A stretch of 64,000 nt of DNA from Candidatus Woesearchaeota archaeon (lineage in GTDB: Archaea; Nanobdellota; Nanobdellia; Woesearchaeales; UBA583). Shown one piece after another: positions 39,895 to 48,852 of the stretch. Within the stretch, counting starts at the first letter, position 1. Every line of letters begins with the position of its first letter. The translations under genes and the position numbers were made by a program. The notes beneath the pieces were generated by a model. It searched no databases. It was not told the DNA's origin and saw only the letters and a program-made list of their open reading frames with translations. The stretch spans positions 6,186 through 70,185 of the forward strand of contig JAQICV010000077.1 in assembly GCA_027858315.1 (NCBI GenBank). The letters run 5' to 3'.

Positions 39895-40356
39895 TTATTT
39901 TTCATATATCTCAATTAATTTTTTATTTACACTAGAATACTTCTCATTAAACTTAGCAATAATCTCATTTATTCTTACAGTATCAAATTTACCATTAGGT
40001 TTAAAAAAATCAATTATGTCATGAGCTGCATGAATGTTACCCAAATTATCCTTTTCAAATTCAATAGCATTTTCAGTATGTACGAGACTATTTCTCATAT
40101 TGTTTAGAAAGTATAGGTCATCAAATAATTCTCTTGCGATTTTGCCTTCAAGCCACTTCTTTTCATTGTTTATATGTCTAAACAACTTTAGTTTTGAATT
40201 AAAACTAATTATTGAGTTATTGAATAGAATTTGATGATAGAATTGTTCTTGAGTTTTTTGAGGTTTGAGGTGTTTTATTAGGATTTGTTTTAGATAAAAT
40301 TCTACTTGATTAAACTTTAAAATAATTTCACCAATTAATTGTTCTTTTTTTTCCAT
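39895..40356 (-). CDS. mini-HEPN protein with RNxxxH motif (paralog-like of 15234..15722)
   Basis: 153 aa ORF with the NMRNSLVH motif and similar size and architecture. Confidence 0.4.
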   Translation of the reverse strand: MEKKEQLIGEIILKFNQVEFYLKQILIKHLKPQKTQEQFYHQILFNNSIISFNSKLKLFRHINNEKKWLEGKIARELFDDLYFLNNMRNSLVHTENAIEFEKDNLGNIHAAHDIIDFFKPNGKFDTVRINEIIAKFNEKYSSVNKKLIEIYEK

Positions 40357-40397
40357 GTGTTAGATTAAGAAGTCTTTATTTAATAAGTTAACTAACT

Positions 40398-41027
40398 CTA
40401 TAAATCATTATAGCTAACTAATTGAATATTGTTTTTATCTAATTTGGGAACTAAATATTTAATTTTTTCAATGTCTAACTCTCTTTTCTCATTTAAACTT
40501 GATTTGCAATTTTCATCATATGTGCCTGGATGAAATAAAATTTCATATATCTCATCTTCTTGCATTGATTTTATCATTTCATCTAAATCCTCAAAAGATG
40601 AGTCAGTCCCGTTGAAAAGTTTGTTTGTAGTTTTCACATCTTTTAATTTATTGGTCATAGTTCTACAAGGCAAATTATTCTCTTTACAAAAATTTGAGAT
40701 TACTAAGATTTCTTCATCCGATTTTTTTGGTTTATGAATATCTATGTGAGATGGATTAAATGAGAATATGTCTGAAAAATGATTATATTGGATTGCGATT
40801 TCTTTTTCAAAATTTTCATTTTTAAATTCTAAATGAAGACCAATACTCAAATTATACTTTTCTTTTAATTCAATTATTTTTTTAATTTGCTCTTCTTGTT
40901 CATCACTTACCCAATTTACCATAACAGTTGTTGAAGTAACAAGATTGTTTTCAATTAAATTTAGAATAGATTCGTTAAATATCACACTATATCCAAAATC
41001 ATCCGCATTAATAATTATTCTTTTCAT
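40398..41027 (-). CDS. YdjC/ChbG-family carbohydrate deacetylase
   Basis: 209 aa ORF with IINADDFGYS at the N-terminus and His-containing motifs. Confidence 0.55.
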   Translation of the reverse strand: MKRIIINADDFGYSVIFNESILNLIENNLVTSTTVMVNWVSDEQEEQIKKIIELKEKYNLSIGLHLEFKNENFEKEIAIQYNHFSDIFSFNPSHIDIHKPKKSDEEILVISNFCKENNLPCRTMTNKLKDVKTTNKLFNGTDSSFEDLDEMIKSMQEDEIYEILFHPGTYDENCKSSLNEKRELDIEKIKYLVPKLDKNNIQLVSYNDL

Positions 41028-41069
41028 ATAAATATTAGTTTAAAATATGAACCTTATAAATATTTCTAA

Positions 41070-41237
41070 AATTTAAAATAATAGAGGAGGGAGGGATACG
41101 AGAAATTTTTCTTCGAAATAATTTCTGGACAATTTGAACAATAATAAAAATTCGGGAAATTTTTAAACAAATTGAATAATTCAATTAGGTTCAAATAGTT
41201 TGAACCTTCAATCACAATTTATAGAAAATAGGTGAGG
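41070..41237. repeat. miniature element 3' of tRNA-Cys: att-like duplication plus palindromic hairpin
   Basis: 'gagggagggat' at 41087-41097 repeats the tRNA 3' end at 41227-41237. The hairpin is agaaatttttcttcgaaataatttct at 41101-41126. The body is homologous to 48027-48147. Confidence 0.55.
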
Positions 41238-41294
41238 GAGGGATTTGAACCCTCGATCACAGGGTTGCAGCCTATTGCCTTAACCACTTGGCCA
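41223..41294 (-). tRNA. tRNA-Cys (anticodon GCA)
   Basis: Cloverleaf with anticodon loop CTGCAAC and discriminator U73, which is typical of tRNA-Cys. Confidence 0.85.
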
Positions 41295-41393
41295 CCCCAC
41301 CACAAGTAAATATTAATTATATTTGTTTTATAAAGGTTTCTTACAAAGAAACTTCCGAAGAAATCTCTGATTTGTGACTGAAATTTTCCTATA

Positions 41394-41795
41394 TTAAAAA
41401 TTAGATAATTTGCCTGTAATTGAGTCTATTTTATCCTCATTTTCTGGACCAATTGCAAGACAAGTTGGAGTTCCAGGAGCAATTTCTGTTCTTCCTGCAT
41501 CAGTTATTAGAGCAGTTGTTAGTCCAAAATCTTTTGCTTCTTGAAGGTATTTGTATAATTCTTTTTCAGATTCAATCTTTAGAGTAATTTTTTTCATACC
41601 CGAATTTCTCCACTTTGAAACCATTCTATCGTCTGAACGAAGTGTTGCTTCAACTGCTGCATGAGCTGCTTGAGCTGCAATTTTACCTTTAGACATTCCT
41701 AAGTCTTTTCGAATTAGAATTACTTGTTTTAATTCAGACATAGAATTGGTGGTTTTTAATAGTTTAAAAAGTTTGGTCAAAAATTTAAAAAACAT
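41394..41795 (-). CDS. pth2: peptidyl-tRNA hydrolase, archaeal Pth2 type
   Basis: 133 aa ORF with VILIRKDLGMSKGKIAAQAAHAAV. Confidence 0.8.
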   Translation of the reverse strand: MFFKFLTKLFKLLKTTNSMSELKQVILIRKDLGMSKGKIAAQAAHAAVEATLRSDDRMVSKWRNSGMKKITLKIESEKELYKYLQEAKDFGLTTALITDAGRTEIAPGTPTCLAIGPENEDKIDSITGKLSNF

Positions 41796-41907
41796 TTTTT
41801 CGAAGCAATTTAATTTTTAAATAGTTCATTCACTAAGTTTGGAACAATTTAATTCTGGAAAAATTAAATAGTTTTATAAAAGTAAATTCATATATAATTT
41901 TATGGTA

Positions 41908-41941
41908 CAGTCACAATTAAAAATTGTTCGGGACCATTTTA
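41908..41941 (+). promoter_or_regulatory. conserved upstream motif (cagtcacaa..ttgttcggGAC..atttta) plus TATA-like box upstream of SRP54
   Basis: Shares about 80% identity and the same spacing to the ATG with 47366-47401 upstream of dut. Confidence 0.4.
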
Positions 41942-41957
41942 AATATTAAAATTAAAA

Positions 41958-43343
41958 ATGGTACTTGACAATTTAGGTGGGTCTTTGAAAGATACACTAT
42001 CTAAGATTAGGAATTCTTTAACAGTTGATAGAAATTTAGTTGAAGAAATTCTAAAAGAGATTCAAAAAGCTCTTTTGAGCTCTGATGTTAATGTTAGGTT
42101 AGTTCTTGAAGTTACAAAAAGAATTCGTGAAAGAGCAATTAATGAGAGAAATGAGAATCTTACGAAAAAAGAACAACTTATTACAATTATTTATGAAGAA
42201 TTGTCTGCTTTTTTGGGAGATGGAAAAGAATTTGAATTGCGTGAAAAACAAAATAGAATTTTACTTGTTGGCTTGTATGGTCAAGGAAAGACTACTACTT
42301 CAGGAAAATTAGGAAATTATTTTAAAAATAGAACAAAAAAAGTTGCACTTATTTCAACAGATACATGGAGACCTGCAGCATATGACCAATTAAAACAACT
42401 TGGAGATAAAATTGAGATTCAAGTTTTTGGAGATAAAACTGCTAAGAAACCGGAAGAAATTTATAAAAAATTCAAAAAAGAATTAGATAAATTTGAGATA
42501 GTAATCATTGATAGTGCTGGAAGAGATAGTTTGAATAAAGAACTTGTAGATGAAATTACTGACTTGAATAAAATAGTTGACCCAACAGATACATTTTTAG
42601 TTATGGGTGCAGATGTTGGACAGACTGCACAAAGACAAGCTGAAGCGTTTAAAGATAATTTGAATGTGACAGGAGTTATCATTACTAAGATGGATGGAAC
42701 TGGTAAAGGTGGAGGCGCCCTTAGTGCTTGTTCTATTGTTGAAGCTCCAGTAAGATTTATTGGTGTTGGTGAAAAAACTGAAGATTTTGAAAGATTTAAT
42801 TCTGAGAAATTTGTATCCCAACTTTTAGGCATGGGTGATATTGATACTCTTCTTGAAAAAGCAAAACTTGCAATTGATGAAGATAAAGCTAGAGGCATGG
42901 CCGATCGTATGATGAAAGGAAATTTTGACCTTGATGATTTATACGAGCAAATGGGTGCTATGAAGAAAATGGGTTCTATGTCTAAAATTATGGGAATGAT
43001 GCCCGGAATGGGAGGTTTGAAGATTGATAAATCACAGATGGAAAATCAAGAGTCTAAGATGAAAAAATGGAAATTTATTATGGATTCAATGACTAAATAT
43101 GAAAAAAGAAATCCTGAAGTAATTGAACTTTCAAGAATCAAAAGAATTGCTCAAGGTTCAGGAACTCAAGTTTCAGATTTAAGAGAACTCCTAAAACATT
43201 TTAAACAGACTAAAAAAATGATGACTATGTTAAAAGATCCTGGTTCAATGCCCGATATGGATAATATGAATCCTCAAGAAATTATGAAAATGATGAAAAA
43301 ATCAGGCATGAAAGATTTTAAAAAATTAGGTAAAAAAAAATAG
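41958..43343 (+). CDS. srp54: signal recognition particle protein SRP54
   Basis: 461 aa ORF with an NG domain (GLYGQGKTTT, DTWRPAA, KMDGTGKGG) and a Met-rich M domain. Confidence 0.9.
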   Translation: MVLDNLGGSLKDTLSKIRNSLTVDRNLVEEILKEIQKALLSSDVNVRLVLEVTKRIRERAINERNENLTKKEQLITIIYEELSAFLGDGKEFELREKQNRILLVGLYGQGKTTTSGKLGNYFKNRTKKVALISTDTWRPAAYDQLKQLGDKIEIQVFGDKTAKKPEEIYKKFKKELDKFEIVIIDSAGRDSLNKELVDEITDLNKIVDPTDTFLVMGADVGQTAQRQAEAFKDNLNVTGVIITKMDGTGKGGGALSACSIVEAPVRFIGVGEKTEDFERFNSEKFVSQLLGMGDIDTLLEKAKLAIDEDKARGMADRMMKGNFDLDDLYEQMGAMKKMGSMSKIMGMMPGMGGLKIDKSQMENQESKMKKWKFIMDSMTKYEKRNPEVIELSRIKRIAQGSGTQVSDLRELLKHFKQTKKMMTMLKDPGSMPDMDNMNPQEIMKMMKKSGMKDFKKLGKKK

Positions 43344-43403
43344 TGAATACTCTAATTAGATAAACAAACTTTAAAAACAAATAAGATTTAAAAATAATAT
43401 AAA

Positions 43404-43688
43404 ATGAATGATGTAGAAGATAATCCGAATAATCCTACGATTCTTTCTGGAGAAAAATTGAATGTAAGGCACCACTTCATTATTAAATATAAAACTGAGG
43501 AAGATAGAATCAAATTTATCGAAAAAGTTTTAAAACTTATCAAAGATCATGAGATTAGAGATTATTTTATTGAAGAAAAAAAAGCTTTTATGAAAAATAG
43601 AATATTATATAATCATAAAACTCTGATTAATGGTAATGAATTTAGTTTTTCCCAAATAGATCAAGAATTTTGTAAATATTTGAACTAA
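43404..43688 (+). CDS. hypothetical protein
   Basis: 94 aa ORF. Confidence 0.25.
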   Translation: MNDVEDNPNNPTILSGEKLNVRHHFIIKYKTEEDRIKFIEKVLKLIKDHEIRDYFIEEKKAFMKNRILYNHKTLINGNEFSFSQIDQEFCKYLN

Positions 43689-44041
43689 AATAAATTTTTA
43701 ATAATTTTCTTCCACAATATTATTTCCTTTGAAAAATTAATCATGAATAATGTTGCAATTCCCCATAGAACAAGTAACCATATTGGAATTCCAAAATAAT
43801 TAGGCTTTGAATATGTCCATGCTCCATATGAAATTGCAATTATTTCTGAGATTGCTCCCATTAAACCACAAATAAAAAATATTAGAATCATATCTTTATC
43901 TTTCATTAAAAACAATATTAGAAATGCATAGAATATTAATAGAACTAATACTAGATTTGGGTTATTCCATAAAAAAGCAACTGTTAAAAGAGTCATAACT
44001 GATAGAGTATTTGTCAGAAAAGATTTTAGATATTCATTCAT
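43685..44041 (-). CDS. small membrane protein
   Basis: 118 aa ORF with four transmembrane helices. Confidence 0.3.
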   Translation of the reverse strand: MNEYLKSFLTNTLSVMTLLTVAFLWNNPNLVLVLLIFYAFLILFLMKDKDMILIFFICGLMGAISEIIAISYGAWTYSKPNYFGIPIWLLVLWGIATLFMINFSKEIILWKKIIKNLF

Positions 44042-44063
44042 ACAATTTTTAAAAATCTAATAT

Positions 44064-44684
44064 TTATAAAAGTTCTTTAAATTCTTGAATATTTTCTACC
44101 AAATAATCTGGATTAAATTTTTCAAGTAATTTTTTAGAGTTATAACCCCAACTAACACTTATACATTTTACTCCTGCAGCTTTGGATGCTTCAATATCTC
44201 TAATCTCATCTCCAACATAATATACTTCTTCTTTATTTAGATTATTTTCATCAATTATTTTTTGAATGTGTTTTGCTTTTCCAAATAAAGAGGATTTGTA
44301 GTATTGTTTGTCAAAGAAATCTAATTTCTCTTTTTTGAATATTTTTTCAACAAATTCTTTGTTGTTAGAAGTTAAAATGTATAGTTTATGATTTTTACTT
44401 TTTAGATGTTCGAATAAAGTTTTTATTCTTTCAAAAGGTTTTACTTCGGAGTCCCTTTTATTAAAATCTCGTTTTATTTTCCAAACAATATATAATATCT
44501 GTAATTTATTAAGTTTAAATTCTTTGATTATATCATGCAAGGATTTATTTTCTATCAAATTGTATAGTCCTTTTTTACTCACTTCAATTCCAGATTTATT
44601 TGCATTTAAATATAGACAATCAATTAATAAATCTAAACTGTTAAGTATTGTTCCATCTACATCAAATATTAGAGTTTTACTCAT
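44064..44684 (-). CDS. HAD-superfamily hydrolase
   Basis: 206 aa ORF with HAD motif I IFDVDGTI and C-terminal motifs. Confidence 0.6.
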   Translation of the reverse strand: MSKTLIFDVDGTILNSLDLLIDCLYLNANKSGIEVSKKGLYNLIENKSLHDIIKEFKLNKLQILYIVWKIKRDFNKRDSEVKPFERIKTLFEHLKSKNHKLYILTSNNKEFVEKIFKKEKLDFFDKQYYKSSLFGKAKHIQKIIDENNLNKEEVYYVGDEIRDIEASKAAGVKCISVSWGYNSKKLLEKFNPDYLVENIQEFKELL

Positions 44685-45779
44685 TTTTGAACTCCAATAA
44701 AAAAATGTCTTTGATATTTATTACAGGTTTTGAATGTCTTAATATGTCATCTTGACCAATTCTAGGACAAGCAGTATTTACCCAACATTCTACGAATGGG
44801 AAATTTTCCATTTCACTATCCAAGAAATTATCTGAAACAAAATAATAAAATTCTTTATCTTTGTATTGGTCTTTTAATTTTAAAGCTGATTCTTTGTATT
44901 CTTGTCCCCATTTTGATGAAACAAAAACTCCGATAATGTTTGAAGTATAAAATTTTAAAAGATTTCCTTTTTTCTTTTTTAAGTATTTTTCAATATGAGT
45001 TTTATCTATTACTTCAATTAATTCTTGAACTATATTTAAAATAATTACTGGCTTGATTTTATCCTGATTTTCTTGAGCTAGTAGAATTGCATTTGGATGA
45101 AAATATCCATCACCAATATATACAAATCCATCAACTTTTGAAATGTCTAAATTTAAATTGTCTACATAGGAATCACACCCTAGAATTTGTCCTTTAAATT
45201 CTGCTCTATGAGGTTTAGTAATTATTATATTGTATCCTTCTTTTTCTAAAAGAGATTTTACTATTTCTAATTTTGGAATAAATTGAATTGCGCAGTATAT
45301 AGCAATTGTTTTTTTTTCACCAAGTGTTTCTTTTAATTTTTTAGTAAAATCTTGTGGTATTATGAAGTCTATTCCAAAATTTGCATTTAATAATTTTATT
45401 TTCATTTTTGGACCACCTCCAAAAATGAAGAAATTTGTTCCAAATTTCTTAACAATCCAATACTAAGTATTTTGCCTTGTTTCATTCTTTACCACATCTC
45501 CTTTTTCTTAATGTATACAGCATGACCCCATTGAACACATAAGTCAAAACCCAATTTATCTAAGTGGTGAGGGATGTCACATGCACCAAAACATGTACCA
45601 AAATATGAAAAATAATCTGCTTTTGTTTTTTCTTTTAGTTCATCAATTATCTCTTTTGAGTAATATTTTAGTCCATCCGGAAACTGAAGAAGCACTAATT
45701 TGTGATTATTAGAATTTATATCATCTATTAATTTGTCAATTTCTAAATCATAATATGTTTTGTACTTTTTCTCACTCAT
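44677..45779 (-). pseudogene. diphthamide biosynthesis Dph2 (2-(3-amino-3-carboxypropyl)histidine synthase), split in two frames
   Basis: The N-terminal 96 aa (LLQFPDGL, GTCFGACD, WGHA) lie at 45489..45779. The C-terminal 242 aa (GQILGCDS, GDGYFHP) lie at 44677..45405. A stop plus a frame change fall in the 83-nt gap. Confidence 0.55.
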
Positions 45780-45865
45780 ATTAATGATTAAAGTGAGCTA
45801 ATTTAAAAAATTATTGACAATTATTGAAATAAATAGACATATAAATAGAAATTATTCTAAAAACT

Positions 45866-46552
45866 ATGAATGAAGAGTGGTTTGATCAAAATTATGAATG
45901 GCCAGGTTGGCCTTTGAAAGATGACCCACATGGAATAGATTTTGATTTAGATGCCAGAAAAAGAATGGTTGGAGGTAGTGAGTTACTACTTCCTTTTATT
46001 TATAAATACAGGAATGGTGTTTGTAATGCCATACTAGAGATTGGACCTTTTTTTAACCCACTTATTACAACTAAGAATTTTCCAAACAAAAATATTTGTT
46101 ATTGGGAAAATGATAGACATGTATTAAAATGGCTCCCTAAATTTAATAATTCTGAATTGGTTAAACCTATTTACTGCGACTTAAAAGAGATTGAAGGCGA
46201 TTCATTAATAACTCTTCAACAAGAAACATTTAAGTATTTTAAAGAAGTAAAAAATACTAGCAATAAATTTGATTTTGTTATTATTTCTCAAGTATTGAAT
46301 TATGTTGATTATAAATTGTTTTTATTAATTTTGAAGAGTTTTGTTAAAAAAGATGGACTAATTTTCATAAATAATGTTGTAGAACATGGTTTGCCTGATT
46401 ATTTCTCAGATAAGAGACCAAAAAGTATTAAAGAAACTATTGAGATTTTAGAACATATAGGTTATGAAATTTTAGAAAAAGATATTATTGCAACCCAATA
46501 TCCTGATTCTCAAAAAAAAGATAGAGTAATACTTGTCGTTAAAAATAAATAA
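45866..46552 (+). CDS. SAM-dependent methyltransferase-like protein
   Basis: 228 aa ORF with the Rossmann-like glycine motif ILEIGPFFNP. Confidence 0.3.
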   Translation: MNEEWFDQNYEWPGWPLKDDPHGIDFDLDARKRMVGGSELLLPFIYKYRNGVCNAILEIGPFFNPLITTKNFPNKNICYWENDRHVLKWLPKFNNSELVKPIYCDLKEIEGDSLITLQQETFKYFKEVKNTSNKFDFVIISQVLNYVDYKLFLLILKSFVKKDGLIFINNVVEHGLPDYFSDKRPKSIKETIEILEHIGYEILEKDIIATQYPDSQKKDRVILVVKNK

Positions 46553-46855
46553 TCATTTATACTCATCAATTAAATCCTCATCATAAGAAGAATCATATTT
46601 TGAGATTTGAGATGATTGATTATTTTTATTTTTTTTATGATAGACATAATAACTAATAATTAAAATCCATATCAATGATTGCATCAAATATGAAATCATA
46701 CCACTTTTTAAATAGAAATTAACACCAAATAAAATTATTATTAAAATTAACATAAATTTAAAAGGTAAAGTTTCCTTACTCTTTTCAAAACCAAGAATAG
46801 AATTTCTAATTGGTTTTCCATCAATTCCATATTTTGGTTCCTCAAAATTATCCAT
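46553..46855 (-). CDS. small membrane protein, tandem paralog A
   Basis: 100 aa ORF with 'KYGIDGKPIRNS' followed by two transmembrane helices. Similar to 46925..47308. Confidence 0.3.
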   Translation of the reverse strand: MDNFEEPKYGIDGKPIRNSILGFEKSKETLPFKFMLILIIILFGVNFYLKSGMISYLMQSLIWILIISYYVYHKKNKNNQSSQISKYDSSYDEDLIDEYK

Positions 46856-46924
46856 GATATGTATCCAAGAATTATATTTATAATCTTTTTTAACTATTTA
46901 TTTTAATATCTAGTTAATTTTTAA

Positions 46925-47308
46925 TTATTTATTAAATTCTTCAATTAATTTATCTGCTTTTTTTTGATCAAAATCAGATTCATCATCATATTGATCTAAG
47001 ATTTCATCTATTTCATCATCTGATTCAATATCTAAGGGATTACTTCCTTTATTATCATTAAAGGTATCATCTATTTGTCTAATTTTCATGTAGCCTAAGA
47101 ATATTATTAATACAAGATAAAATAACCCTTGGCCCAAAATCATTGCCAATTTAGGACTTATCATAAAATAAATAACTGCTAAAGTAATTAGAGTACCAAA
47201 AATTATCTTAATAGTTAAACCATGATTTGAATCTTTATTAATTTTAAACATTGAATCTTTAATTGGTCTACCATCAGGAGCATATTTTGATTCATGATTA
47301 TTCTTCAT
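46925..47308 (-). CDS. small membrane protein, tandem paralog B
   Basis: 127 aa ORF with 'KYAPDGRPIKDS' followed by two transmembrane helices and an acidic tail. Confidence 0.3.
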   Translation of the reverse strand: MKNNHESKYAPDGRPIKDSMFKINKDSNHGLTIKIIFGTLITLAVIYFMISPKLAMILGQGLFYLVLIIFLGYMKIRQIDDTFNDNKGSNPLDIESDDEIDEILDQYDDESDFDQKKADKLIEEFNK

Positions 47309-47365
47309 AATTATTTTTCAAAAGATAAGATTTATAATACTTTTTAATCTTAATTTAGTTATGTG

Positions 47366-47401
47366 CAGTCACAAATCGAAGATTTGTTCGGTACATTTTT
47401 A
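47366..47401 (+). promoter_or_regulatory. conserved upstream motif (cagtcacaa..tttgttcggTAC..attttta) upstream of dut
   Basis: Direct comparison with 41908-41941. Confidence 0.4.
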
Positions 47402-47419
47402 ACAAAAAAATTGTAAAAA

Positions 47420-47935
47420 ATGGAAAAACCTTTTTTAAAGATAAAGCTATTAAGAGAGAATGCTACAATGCCTTCTAAGAGAGTTGAAGATGCATGTTTT
47501 GATTTGTATGGATGTTTTGATGAAGATCCAAAGTTCTCATATCCAGGAGATATTTATTTAGTTCCATTAGGTATTTCAACAGAATTCCCAAGAGATTGGG
47601 TTTTTTATATCGTTGAGAGGTCAGGTTCAGGGTCCAAAGGGATTTCTACTAGAGCAGGAGTAATAGACAGTGGATATAGGGGAGAGATTAAAACTCCACT
47701 GAATAATACAACAAATAAATTGATTATTTTTTCAGAATTCCCTGATGAAGAAATTAAAGAGAAATTTGCAGAGAAATTAAAGGGCTTTGAAGATAATTAT
47801 AGGATTTATCCTCAATCTAAAGGGATTGCGCAAGGTTTCTTACTATATTGTCCACATGTTGATGTTGAAGAAGTAAAAGAACTTGATATGAACTCCGAGA
47901 GAGGATCTGGAGGATGGGGAAGTACAGGTAAATAA
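47420..47935 (+). CDS. dut: dUTP diphosphatase (dUTPase)
   Basis: 171 aa ORF with RSGSGSKG, GVIDSGYRGE and a C-terminal RGSGGWGSTG. Confidence 0.8.
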   Translation: MEKPFLKIKLLRENATMPSKRVEDACFDLYGCFDEDPKFSYPGDIYLVPLGISTEFPRDWVFYIVERSGSGSKGISTRAGVIDSGYRGEIKTPLNNTTNKLIIFSEFPDEEIKEKFAEKLKGFEDNYRIYPQSKGIAQGFLLYCPHVDVEEVKELDMNSERGSGGWGSTGK

Positions 47936-47996
47936 AATTTTAATTTATTCTAATTTTTAATATAATAAACACACAACTTCTATACTTTTTCTCAAT

Positions 47997-48177
47997 TTAG
48001 AATTATGAAAATGTGGCCATACGGATACGAGAAATTTTTCTTTGAAATAATTTCTGGAACATTGTTAAAACAAAGTACGAGAAATTTTACTACACAACAA
48101 TTTTTACTTCATAAAAATAGTTTGAACTCTCTTCAAATCTTATTCAATTAGAATTACGAAAACGTGGCCACGCGGAT
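47997..48177. repeat. miniature element 3' of tRNA-Pro: ~30-bp att-like duplication plus palindromic hairpin
   Basis: 'ttagaattaYgaaaaYgtggccaYRcggat' occurs at 47997-48026 and 48148-48177. The hairpin is agaaatttttctttgaaataatttct at 48030-48055. Confidence 0.55.
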
Positions 48178-48237
48178 TTGAACCGCGGTCCAAGCGTCCC
48201 AAACGCCTGATGATAGACCAGACTACACTATGGCCAC
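48163..48237 (-). tRNA. tRNA-Pro (anticodon UGG)
   Basis: Cloverleaf with anticodon loop TTTGGGA (G37) and T-arm CGCGGTTCAAATCCGCG. Confidence 0.85.
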
Positions 48238-48255
48238 ATAAAAAAAATGTTGGAT

Positions 48256-48852
48256 TTACTCATCACTAAAATCATCTAGTGTGTACTTGAAATCTTTTTC
48301 CTTAATAATGCCTCTATTTGATAAATAGTGTTTTGCAAGAAGCATAAATGCTAAACCTAAAGATTTTTTACCTTTATTATTAATAGGAACAACTAAATCT
48401 AATTTTGAAGTTCTATTGTTAGTATCACAGAATCCAACTGTAATAATTCCTTGTTCAAATGCTTCACTTAAAATGTTTTTATCAGTTAAAGGGTCACATA
48501 CAATTACAACTTTATATTCTTTGAAATCTTCAAGAGATACATTTGTTAATTTACCTGGAAGGTATCTTCCAGTAAAGATGTCACAACCAATTAATTTTGC
48601 AAACATTTGTAGAGGCTTTTTTGCATTTTCTCTTCTTCCCATAATTACAAATTCAGAAGGATCATATCTTGAAAGTAAATTAATTAAAACTTTTAGTCTA
48701 CTATCAACATCATCAGTGTTTAAGATTTTTAACCCATCAGGTCTTGATCTTATAATGAACTTGTCAGTAAATCCGTTTTTATACTTAGTTCCAATGTGTA
48801 CTCCTGCTGTTAAATAGTCATCAACAGGTACCAAAGTAGTATTTTCAACCAT
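48256..48852 (-). CDS. rps2: ribosomal protein S2 (uS2)
   Basis: 198 aa ORF with YLTAGVHIGT at the N-terminus and a conserved uS2 core. Confidence 0.85.
   Translation of the reverse strand: MVENTTLVPVDDYLTAGVHIGTKYKNGFTDKFIIRSRPDGLKILNTDDVDSRLKVLINLLSRYDPSEFVIMGRRENAKKPLQMFAKLIGCDIFTGRYLPGKLTNVSLEDFKEYKVVIVCDPLTDKNILSEAFEQGIITVGFCDTNNRTSKLDLVVPINNKGKKSLGLAFMLLAKHYLSNRGIIKEKDFKYTLDDFSDE

Noticed and set aside
41070-41294. Split or permuted tRNA genes (Nanoarchaeum-style) as explanation for the partial tRNA 3'-end copies
   Set aside because: The full-length tRNA-Cys and tRNA-Pro genes fold as complete cloverleaves on their own. The upstream partial copies are only 11-30 nt and lack a 5' half or complementary leader.
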